DNA of 64,000 bases from Chlorobiota bacterium (lineage in GTDB: Bacteria; Bacteroidota; Bacteroidia; Bacteroidales; JAADJA01), in contig JAADJA010000037.1 in assembly GCA_013151015.1 (NCBI GenBank), positions 5,310 to 69,309 on the forward strand, written 5' to 3'. Shown here one piece after another: positions 46,347 through 54,060 of the stretch. Below the pieces are notes generated by a model, which saw only the letters and a list, made by a program, of their open reading frames with translations, searched no databases and was not told the DNA's origin. The position numbers were made by a program, and so were the translations under genes. Position 1 is the stretch's first letter; every line of letters begins with the position of its first letter.

Positions 46347-48137
46347 ATGACCAGAGGAATACTGTCTTCAAAGTTTTTGGAACTTGCCGGTTTTACGATT
46401 GAAAACCTTCCAGGGGCTGTTTTTTGGATTGATTCAAAAGGCGATATGGAATTTGCAAATGCAACGGCGAGCAAGCGGCTTGGGTTTTCTGTCGAAGAGC
46501 TTACCTCCATGTCCTTCCTCGATATTTGTCCCGATCTGTCCGGGAAGGATTGGAATGGGTTATGGGGGAAAATCCGAACAGAAAAAGTGGTGAATATCGA
46601 AACTTCCCACAAAAGGAAAAGCGGTGAAATTTTTCCGGTATTGATAAAATCGAATTTTGTTAAATTTCAGGGAAAAGAGTATTCCGTAAGTGTCGCCCTC
46701 GATATTTCCAAAAGGGTGAAGGCCGAAAAGAGTATCCGTGCCCGGAATAAATTATTGAACGATACCATTAATTCCCTTACCCATCCATTTTATGTAATTG
46801 ATGCAAAAAATTACAATATAATCCTGGCAAATAAGGCTTCGGGTTTTAATAATTTCAAAGGTCGGATTACTTGTCATGAACTCACGCATGCATCTGATAA
46901 GCCATGTGATGGCAAGAACCATATTTGTCCGGTGGAAGAGATCAAACGGACTGACAAGCCCTATACTGTGGAGCATATCCATAAAGATATGGATGGAAAT
47001 GAGGCCTATTTTGAAGTCCATGCTTACCCTATTCATAATTCCAATGGCGAAATCGAAAATATAATTGAATACAGTATCGATATCACCGACAGGAAAAAAG
47101 CAGATGACGACCTGAGAAAAGCATTGCAGGAAGTGAAGCACCTGAAAAACCAACTGGAAGCCGAAAATGTTTATTTGCAGGACGAAATAAAGACCGATCA
47201 CAATTTTGAGGAAATAATCAGCAAAAGCAAGGAATTCAACGAAGTTTTGAACCAGGTGCAGCAGGTGGCTTCAACGGAGGCTTCTGTTTTGATACTTGGC
47301 GAAACAGGTACGGGGAAAGAGTTGCTGGCCCGGGCTGTGCACAATATCAGCAAGAGACGGCACAGGCCTTTGGTAAAAGTGAATTGCGCCACCCTCCCGG
47401 CCAATCTGATCGAAAGCGAATTGTTCGGACACGAGAAAGGGGCCTTTACCGGGGCACATTCCCGCAAGATAGGGCGATTTGAACTGGCCAATAAAGGGAC
47501 ATTGTTCCTTGACGAGATCGGTGACCTGCCACTTGAATTGCAGACTAAGTTACTGAGGGTTCTGCAGGAGGGCGAGTTTGAGCGACTTGGAAGCTCACAG
47601 ACCATGAAAGTGGACGTACGCATAATTGCCGCTACCAATGTTAAATTGGAGGAGGCCATTGATGAAAAAAAATTCAGGTCCGATCTATATTATCGTCTAA
47701 ATGTTTTCCCCATCACCATTCCCCCCTTGAGGAAAAGGAGGGATGATATCCCCATTTTGGTGAATCATTTTGTGAAGAAATATGCCTTGAAAAACGGCAA
47801 AAACATTCGCATTGTCCCACAACGGGCAATCAATGCCTTAAAGACTTATGACTGGCCGGGAAATATAAGGGAACTGGAAAACATTATCGAAAGGGGAACG
47901 ATCATTTCACAGGGCGATCAATTAGAACTTGGGGATTGGATGCCTTCATCGTCACCATCCCGAATTGGTCATAAAAGTTTGGCTTTGAGGGATCACGAAA
48001 AAGAGCATATTCTTGAAATTTTAGAAATGACAGCTTGGCGGGTAAGTGGGGAGCAAGGGGCTGCGAAAGTGCTGGACATGAAGGCCACGACCCTTGAGGC
48101 GAGGATGAAAAAACTCGGGATTGTGCGTAAAAAATAA
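46347..48137 (+). CDS. Sigma54-dependent transcriptional activator with two PAS domains (no receiver domain)
   Basis: N-terminal PAS-like regions, then an AAA+ sigma54-interaction domain ([50 protein letters not shown]) and a C-terminal Fis-type HTH ([21 protein letters not shown]). Confidence 0.9.
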   Translation: MTRGILSSKFLELAGFTIENLPGAVFWIDSKGDMEFANATASKRLGFSVEELTSMSFLDICPDLSGKDWNGLWGKIRTEKVVNIETSHKRKSGEIFPVLIKSNFVKFQGKEYSVSVALDISKRVKAEKSIRARNKLLNDTINSLTHPFYVIDAKNYNIILANKASGFNNFKGRITCHELTHASDKPCDGKNHICPVEEIKRTDKPYTVEHIHKDMDGNEAYFEVHAYPIHNSNGEIENIIEYSIDITDRKKADDDLRKALQEVKHLKNQLEAENVYLQDEIKTDHNFEEIISKSKEFNEVLNQVQQVASTEASVLILGETGTGKELLARAVHNISKRRHRPLVKVNCATLPANLIESELFGHEKGAFTGAHSRKIGRFELANKGTLFLDEIGDLPLELQTKLLRVLQEGEFERLGSSQTMKVDVRIIAATNVKLEEAIDEKKFRSDLYYRLNVFPITIPPLRKRRDDIPILVNHFVKKYALKNGKNIRIVPQRAINALKTYDWPGNIRELENIIERGTIISQGDQLELGDWMPSSSPSRIGHKSLALRDHEKEHILEILEMTAWRVSGEQGAAKVLDMKATTLEARMKKLGIVRKK

Positions 48138-48261
48138 TCTCCCATTATTTTGGGCAGCCAATTGTTATTTGGGAGGAAGCATGGTGGATTAATTTGTTCT
48201 ATTTATTGTTGAAAATATGTAAGGTGCTGTTTAAGATTGCTTTGAGTGTGTAAGCTTCCTT

Positions 48262-48276
48262 TGGCATTGGTTTTGG
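48262..48276 (+). promoter_or_regulatory. Sigma54-like -24/-12 element (site B) upstream of thioredoxin and DUF2064
   Basis: TGGCATTGGTTTTGG. An overlapping second candidate, TGGAAATGGGTTTGC (48274..48288), has exact GG-N10-GC spacing. The sites lie 15-30 nt before the ATGs at 48291 and 48306. Confidence 0.45.
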
Positions 48277-48290
48277 AAATGGGTTTGCCG

Positions 48291-48656
48291 ATGAAAAATG
48301 CTACTATGGAAATTACAAGCCCTAAAACAAAACTGATCGACATCCGAAGGGATAATTTTGAATCAGAAGTATTGCAGAGCCCCATTCCCGTATTCCTCGA
48401 GTTTGGCGCAAGTTGGTGCGGCCCTTGTCATATTATTGCTCCAGGCATCGATAAACTGGCGCGCGAATTTAAAGGAAGGATTAAATTCTGCTTCCTTGAT
48501 GTGGATGAATACCCCGACATCAAGGATGGACTTGGGGTCAGGGACTTGCCAACCATCATTTTGTTCAGGGATGGTGAGGTCGAGGATTTTATTGTTGGCA
48601 CAAAACCCACGCTTGAGGTTAAATCGAGCTTGGAAGAAATACTGTTGAAAAGATGA
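48291..48656 (+). CDS. trxA: Thioredoxin
   Basis: FESEVLQSPIPVFLEFGASWCGPCHIIAP...LPTIILFRDGE contains the WCGPC active site. The start is uncertain (ATG 48291 or 48306; the track ORF begins at GTG 48246). Confidence 0.85.
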   Translation: MKNATMEITSPKTKLIDIRRDNFESEVLQSPIPVFLEFGASWCGPCHIIAPGIDKLAREFKGRIKFCFLDVDEYPDIKDGLGVRDLPTIILFRDGEVEDFIVGTKPTLEVKSSLEEILLKR

Positions 48657-48695
48657 AAGCAGAAAAGCGAAGAAGTCGTAATTAAAATCAAAACA

Positions 48696-49418
48696 TTGGA
48701 CCAAGATAAAAACTTATTGATAATCTTCATCAAAAACCCCATTGAGGGACTGGTGAAATCGCGGCTTGCAGCAAGCATTGGAGATTATCCCGCATTCTTG
48801 ATTTATAAGGAATTGTTAGAAAAGGCCAGGGATCTTGCAATTTCGACCCCTTTTGCCAAAGCGGTTTTCTATTCCAATTTTATCGATGACAACGATATTT
48901 GGGAAAACGATCTTTTTGGGAAATTTCTCCAGCGTGGCGATGGTGTGGGCAACAGGATGAAGAATGCCTTTGCCGATTCTTTTTTGGATGGATTTGAAAG
49001 AGTGGTCCTGACCGGTTCGGATATTATTGGGCTTACACCTGAAATAATCGAACAGGCTTTTGCAGGACTGGATAATTCGGATGTGGTTTTGGGCCCTGCA
49101 AAAGATGGAGGTTATTACCTTGTGGGGATGAATAGACTGTATGTGGGTTTGTTTCGGGATATTGATTGGGGCACGGAAAAGGTCTTGTCTCAAACTATTA
49201 AGAATGTTCAATCCCTGAAACTTTCCCATTCAATCTTACCTGAACTTTCAGATTTGGATCGTATCGATGATTTTCAATTTTTGTCAAATGAAGAGCGTCA
49301 GAAATTTGAGGGGATTATAGACAAGCTGGAATGGGTTGAAACAATTGCAGAAGCTAATTCATCGCCGGATCTTCCGGGAAATTTGTCCAATAAGCAAAAT
49401 CCTCGCCCAGGTTTTTAA
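48696..49418 (+). CDS. DUF2064 / TIGR04282-type (rSAM-associated, annotated 'arsenosugar biosynthesis') glycosyltransferase-like protein
   Basis: LIIFIKNPIEGLVKSRLA...GDGVGNRMKNAF......GFERVVLTGSDIIGLTPEII..AF..L...DVVLGPAKDGGYYLVGM is the DUF2064 pattern. It has an apparent TTG start 40 nt after the trx stop. Confidence 0.7.
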   Translation: MDQDKNLLIIFIKNPIEGLVKSRLAASIGDYPAFLIYKELLEKARDLAISTPFAKAVFYSNFIDDNDIWENDLFGKFLQRGDGVGNRMKNAFADSFLDGFERVVLTGSDIIGLTPEIIEQAFAGLDNSDVVLGPAKDGGYYLVGMNRLYVGLFRDIDWGTEKVLSQTIKNVQSLKLSHSILPELSDLDRIDDFQFLSNEERQKFEGIIDKLEWVETIAEANSSPDLPGNLSNKQNPRPGF

Positions 49419-49944
49419 GGCTCGATTCCCAAAGTACGTCGATCTTGTCCTGCATCATCCGTTTTGCGTTTGTATTTGAAACCAGCCATGAATTTTTCTT
49501 GAGTTCACCATCCAATTGATTTGCCACCCAACCCGAATATCCCATGAAGAATTTGATTTGGGAAGTTGTGATACGTCCGATGACAATCATCTCTTTAATG
49601 GCTTCGATATCCCCGCCCCAGTAAAGGCCATCAATTATTTCCATGCTTTCGGGAACAAGTTCCCCAAGTGTGTGGATAAAGAATAGGCTATCGGTCTTCA
49701 CCGGGCCGCCGAGATAAACCGGTGCCTCAAAAACGGGGAAGTCGGTTATAATGTCTGTCAGGCCCATTTTTACGGGTTTGTTTACGATCAGCCCAAAGGA
49801 ACCCTCATCGTTATGTTCTGCCAACAATACTACCGAACGTTTGAAATAATAATCCAATAAAAAAGGTTCTGAAATAAGGATCCTCCCTTTTGCGGGTTTC
49901 AAATTCGTGGTGTGGATTTTTAAAATGTTATTTATGTCAGTCAT
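49354..49944 (-). CDS. YqgE/AlgH family protein (UPF0301)
   Basis: GRILISEPFLLDYYFKRSVVLLAEHNDEGSFGLIVNKP...YLGGPV...GYSGW..GQL..E. Confidence 0.85.
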   Translation of the reverse strand: MTDINNILKIHTTNLKPAKGRILISEPFLLDYYFKRSVVLLAEHNDEGSFGLIVNKPVKMGLTDIITDFPVFEAPVYLGGPVKTDSLFFIHTLGELVPESMEIIDGLYWGGDIEAIKEMIVIGRITTSQIKFFMGYSGWVANQLDGELKKNSWLVSNTNAKRMMQDKIDVLWESSLKNLGEDFAYWTNFPEDPAMN

Positions 49945-50033
49945 TGTCAGCGTTTTTTTTCGTTTTTTTGCAGATTGTTTCCTGATTCTTACGGAAACCC
50001 GAATTGCAAAAATAATGCCTTTTAAATAAAGTA

Positions 50034-51407
50034 GTGCAAGCTAATACGATTAAATATAAACAACTACGGGCCAAATATGTTTGGTTTGCCTATGAAGATT
50101 TTTCCTGGGAGGAAACTTCTGGGGAATTGAGAGTCCGATATCACTTCAATTTGTCAGGCCAATTTCATTTTTATCCAAAGCTCGTTTTCCGTAAAAAGGA
50201 TTTCCTGAATTGGCCCGTTGATAAGAATATACTGGATAACCTGCTTTTCCACCTTGGAATGATCGAACTTATCAGTTACTGGAAAGCCACTTGTTCGCCA
50301 GAGCTGATAATCAAGCCGCTTTACTTGTGCAAAAAGCAAATTTCCTGGTGGAAAAAGCTTTATTTTCATGGTCTTGGCGAGTTTTTCTATCTCAATGGAA
50401 TTGAAACAGACCTGGATGGTTTTGTCAATCTTAAAAGTACTTCATCGAAAAAATTGAAGAGTTTCGATTTCCCATTAAACAACAAAGTACTTGTCCCTAT
50501 TGGCGGTGGAAAGGATTCTGTTGTGACCCTGGAATTGTTGAAAGAACATTTTGAGGTCGTCCCTTTTATCCTGAACCCGCGTGGTGCAAGTATTGAAACA
50601 ACCAAGGTGGCGGGTTTCCCTGAAGATAAAGTTATAAGCGTTCAACGTTTTTTGGATAAAAAATTACTGGAACTGAACGACAAAGGCTTCCTCAACGGCC
50701 ACACCCCTTTTTCGGCCATGCTTGCTTTTGTGGGTTTGATCACGGCCACACTTGGAGGGTTTAAGCATATTGCCCTCTCAAATGAAGCAAGTGCCAACGA
50801 AGCCACCGAAATGGAATCCGGGGTAAACCACCAATATTCAAAGTCTTTTGAGTTTGAGGAAGATTTCAGATGGTACGTGAAAGAATATATTTCACCGGAA
50901 TTGAATTATTTTAGTTTTCTACGGCCTCTTTCGGAATTGCAGATCGCAAAATTGTTTTCCGGTTTCCCAAAATATTTCCCGGTATTTAAAAGCTGTAATG
51001 TGGGGAGCAAAACCGATAGCTGGTGCGGGGCCTGTCCGAAATGCCTTTTCGTGAATATCATCCTTTCCCCTTTTGTTTCTGAAAAGCAACGGATTGAAAT
51101 CTTTGGAAAAGATTTGTTTGGGGATATGGATTTGAAGGGATACCTGGATGAACTTACGGGAATAAGCGACGTGAAACCTTTTGAGTGTGTGGGGACGCTC
51201 AATGAGGTGAACATTGCCTTATCTGCCTTCATTAATAAATATGGTGACAACAAATTGCCATCGCTTTTAGACTACCATAAGAATCAAAAATCCTTTAATG
51301 ATTATGGGGAAGGTGGTTTAAAGCAGGAATTGCTTGGGTTTGAGAGCAATCATTGCCTATCTGGCGAATTTTTGAACATATTAAAACAAAAAACCCTTGA
51401 AGGATAA
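50034..51407 (+). CDS. murL: PP-loop-type ATP-utilising protein, candidate UDP-MurNAc-L-Ala-L-Glu epimerase (MurL-like)
   Basis: 457 aa with a GTG start. An SGGxDS-like PP-loop VPIGGGKDS lies at 50502..50519, and a later Cys motif is SWCGACPKCLF. It overlaps the downstream MurD-like gene by 11 nt. The MurL assignment comes from context plus recalled literature, not from an alignment. Confidence 0.5.
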   Translation: MQANTIKYKQLRAKYVWFAYEDFSWEETSGELRVRYHFNLSGQFHFYPKLVFRKKDFLNWPVDKNILDNLLFHLGMIELISYWKATCSPELIIKPLYLCKKQISWWKKLYFHGLGEFFYLNGIETDLDGFVNLKSTSSKKLKSFDFPLNNKVLVPIGGGKDSVVTLELLKEHFEVVPFILNPRGASIETTKVAGFPEDKVISVQRFLDKKLLELNDKGFLNGHTPFSAMLAFVGLITATLGGFKHIALSNEASANEATEMESGVNHQYSKSFEFEEDFRWYVKEYISPELNYFSFLRPLSELQIAKLFSGFPKYFPVFKSCNVGSKTDSWCGACPKCLFVNIILSPFVSEKQRIEIFGKDLFGDMDLKGYLDELTGISDVKPFECVGTLNEVNIALSAFINKYGDNKLPSLLDYHKNQKSFNDYGEGGLKQELLGFESNHCLSGEFLNILKQKTLEG

Positions 51408-52767
51408 ACTAAAGGAAATACTGGGGAATAACAGCATCCTTATCCTTGGATTTGGAAAAGAGGGACGATCAAGCTATAAACTGGTCCGACAGCTTATTCC
51501 TGAATCAAAGATCACAATTGCCGATAAAAACAAGGAAGCTTTTTTGCCGGATAAGTTCCAGGGTATTGGGGCTTGTGAATTGATTTCCGGAGATGGGTAC
51601 CTGATTGGATTGGATAAATACGATTTGATTATTAAGTCCCCCGGAATTCCAAGGCATTTCATTCCCACAAATATAAATGCCAAAAAAGTCACTTCCCAGA
51701 CTGAGCTTTTTCTTGGGTTGTTCTCCAAACAAACCATTGGCATAACCGGGACCAAAGGGAAAAGCACGACTTCCAGTTTGGTTTTTCACATTTTGTCAGC
51801 CTACTTTAATGAGGTGGTCCTTGTTGGGAATATCGGTGTTCCCCCTTTTGACATGATAGATGATATCCATGAAAAAACGAGAATCGTATTTGAGATGTCG
51901 GGCCATCAGTTGGAGAATATCTCCATTTCGCCCCATTATGCCGTTTTGCTGAATATTTTCCAGGAGCACCTCGATCATTTTGAAACCTATGAGGCATACC
52001 AAAATGCCAAGTTCAATATTTCCCGTTTTCAAAACACAGAAGACTACTTTATATATAATAGTGATGACCCGCTTATTTCAAAACAAGTTGAAAAAGGGGT
52101 TACTGCCACTAATCTTCTTTCCTTCTCCATGGTCCAAAAAACAGGAAATGGGATTGTTGGAAATGAAAATGGTGAAATATCCCTGAACCAAAACCAGCTA
52201 CTTGATTTAAAAGACAGGGAGCAATTGCCGGGCAGGCATAACCTGATGAACATTATGGCCGCTGTTTTGGTTTGCCGGAAAATGGGTGTGCCAAATGATG
52301 CGATCCGGGATGCGATCAAAGGTTTTAAGGGTTTGCCACATCGCCTGGAATATATGGGTGAATTCAAAGGGATCCGGTTTTACAATGATTCCATTGCCAC
52401 GGTCCCAGAAGCGGTAATCGAAGCCGTTAAAACCTTGAAAGAAGTGGATACGTTGATTCTTGGGGGAAAAGACCGTGGAATTGATTACAAGGGATTGGTG
52501 GACTTTCTGCTCGAAGGATCCTTAAGGAATATCATATTCATTGGAGAAGCCGGGAAACGTATTTTGAAAGAAATCTATTCGAAAGATAAACATCCGGGAA
52601 TGAATTGTTTTCCCATTAAAGGTTTTCAAGAGATGGGAAATATTATCAAAGAAAATACCCGGCGGGGGAAAATCTGTCTCTTATCGCCTGCTGCTTCCAG
52701 TTATGATATGTTTTCAAGTTTTGAGGAAAGGGGGGAGGCGTTCAAAAAAATAGCAGAAAACCTGTGA
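51397..52767 (+). CDS. murD: Mur ligase of the MurD family, candidate UDP-MurNAc-L-Ala--L-Glu ligase (MurD2)
   Basis: GITGTKGKSTTSSL P-loop, GRHN, GLPHRLE. The canonical NDSKATN motif reads NDSIATVPEA here. The gene is not flanked by any other dcw/mur genes. Confidence 0.7.
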   Translation: MKDKLKEILGNNSILILGFGKEGRSSYKLVRQLIPESKITIADKNKEAFLPDKFQGIGACELISGDGYLIGLDKYDLIIKSPGIPRHFIPTNINAKKVTSQTELFLGLFSKQTIGITGTKGKSTTSSLVFHILSAYFNEVVLVGNIGVPPFDMIDDIHEKTRIVFEMSGHQLENISISPHYAVLLNIFQEHLDHFETYEAYQNAKFNISRFQNTEDYFIYNSDDPLISKQVEKGVTATNLLSFSMVQKTGNGIVGNENGEISLNQNQLLDLKDREQLPGRHNLMNIMAAVLVCRKMGVPNDAIRDAIKGFKGLPHRLEYMGEFKGIRFYNDSIATVPEAVIEAVKTLKEVDTLILGGKDRGIDYKGLVDFLLEGSLRNIIFIGEAGKRILKEIYSKDKHPGMNCFPIKGFQEMGNIIKENTRRGKICLLSPAASSYDMFSSFEERGEAFKKIAENL

Positions 52768-52837
52768 TTTCCTGCTACTGTTTTTGCGCTAACTGCAAAT
52801 CGTCAACTTCTTTTTGTCATTGCCTATTGCCAACTGC

Positions 52838-53149
52838 CTATTTTTTCTCTGTTTCTTTTTCCTCTATATCCTCTTTCTTCTTTGCGGTTGTTTTTGAGGC
52901 TGTTGTCTTTTTTGCTGTTGTTTTAGTGGTTGTCGTTTTTTTGGTGGTAGCTTTTTTTGCAGCAGGTTTTTTGTTTTCTGCCTTTTTGGCCACGGTTTTC
53001 TTTTTGGCAACCATTTCCTCTTCCTTCACTTCCTTTTTTGCAGGCTTCGGAGGGGCAACATAACTATTCCCTTTTTTCCTGCGCCTTTTCACGCCCGAAC
53101 TGCCCATAATGATTTTGCCTCGTTTCGTTTTTTTGTCCCCTTTTCCCAT
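52838..53149 (-). CDS. 30S ribosomal protein THX with a ~75-aa Lys/Ala/Thr-rich C-terminal extension
   Basis: The N-terminus MGKGDKKTKRGKIIMGSSGVKRRRKK matches the THX peptide (MGKGD+RT+RGKI..G.YG..R.RKK). The remainder is AKKKTVAKKAENKKPAAKKATTKKTTTTKTTAKKTTASKTTAKKKEDIEEKETEKK. Confidence 0.65.
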   Translation of the reverse strand: MGKGDKKTKRGKIIMGSSGVKRRRKKGNSYVAPPKPAKKEVKEEEMVAKKKTVAKKAENKKPAAKKATTKKTTTTKTTAKKTTASKTTAKKKEDIEEKETEKK

Positions 53150-53299
53150 AAGTATATTTTTTTATGATTATTTGAATTCCGTAAAATTATAAATTTTTTT
53201 TCTACCCACGGCATTTTACAGGATTTAATCTTGAATATTTGCAATTATTTTGTTCCGGGTTTTTGTCCAAAATGATAAGCCAGGAAAACAAAACGGTTT

Positions 53300-53983
53300 T
53301 TATTTGGTTTTTCTGTCCAAAAATGTTGCTTCCACCAAATCCGGGTTTTTAACTACATTTCTTGCCCAATCCAGCCGGATGTCCAGTTTTTCTTCATCCG
53401 TAAGTTGCCAGTTATAATTTGATTCCCTCATTTTCCCGGTAAGTTGGTGGAGTATGATGGCCGCGGAAACCGATATGTTGAAACTTTCGGTAAAGCCGAC
53501 CATGGGGATTTTCACAAAGGCATCGGCATTTTCGAGGGCAACATTCGAAAGCCCTTTTAACTCTGTCCCGAAGAGCAAAGCGGTTTTTTTACTTAGGTCA
53601 AGTTGGCCGAGGTTTGTATCGTTCTTGTGCGGTGTGGTCGCAACTATTGAATAGCCCTTTGATTTCAGTTTGTTAATGGTGTCCAGCGTATTGTTTTCCC
53701 CATCGTTGTATTTTGTAAGTGTGAGCCACTTTGAGGAACCCAGGGCAACATCGGGGTTCACTTCGTACATGTTCCTGTTTTCAATAATATGAACATCCTG
53801 TACGCCAAAACAATCACAGGTGCGAAGGACGGCACTTGCATTGTGAGGTTGGTAAATGTCTTCAAGTACCATTGTGATGTACCGGGTCCTGAACTCAATT
53901 ATCCTTTGAAATAGGCTTTTTTTGTTTTCCGAAACAAAGCTTTCAAGAAAATCCAGTAATTCTATTTTCTGTTGATATAGCAT
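53300..53983 (-). CDS. trmH: SpoU/TrmH family RNA 2'-O-methyltransferase (tRNA Gm18-type)
   Basis: 227 aa: TMVLEDIYQPHNASAVLRTCDCFGVQDVHII, LLFGTELKGLS and IPMVGFTESFNISVSAAIIL. Confidence 0.8.
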   Translation of the reverse strand: MLYQQKIELLDFLESFVSENKKSLFQRIIEFRTRYITMVLEDIYQPHNASAVLRTCDCFGVQDVHIIENRNMYEVNPDVALGSSKWLTLTKYNDGENNTLDTINKLKSKGYSIVATTPHKNDTNLGQLDLSKKTALLFGTELKGLSNVALENADAFVKIPMVGFTESFNISVSAAIILHQLTGKMRESNYNWQLTDEEKLDIRLDWARNVVKNPDLVEATFLDRKTK

Positions 53984-54032
53984 TCCTTTGCAAAATTAAA
54001 AAATATTAAGTGTTGTTTATGTAAAAAAAAAT

Positions 54033-54040
54033 TATCTTTG
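54033..54040 (+). promoter_or_regulatory. -7 box TATCTTTG upstream of the TPR gene
   Basis: TAnnTTTG match 21 nt before the ATG at 54061. Confidence 0.45.
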
Positions 54041-54060
54041 CGCCCAAATTTGAAAATACA

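Noticed and set aside
50005-50020. A minus-strand AGGCATTATTTTTGCA upstream of yqgE that fits GG-N10-GC and resembles the cluster motif.
   Set aside because: The same bases contain TATTTTTG, a perfect Bacteroidota sigmaA -7 box (TAnnTTTG). The -24 half lacks the TGG T, and the flanks do not match sites A, B and D. It cannot be distinguished from an ordinary promoter.
52764-53063. A 99-aa plus-strand ORF rich in Phe, Val and Ala.
   Set aside because: It is the exact antisense of the Lys/Ala/Thr-rich THX tail, a compositional mirror, and has no start context or motif.
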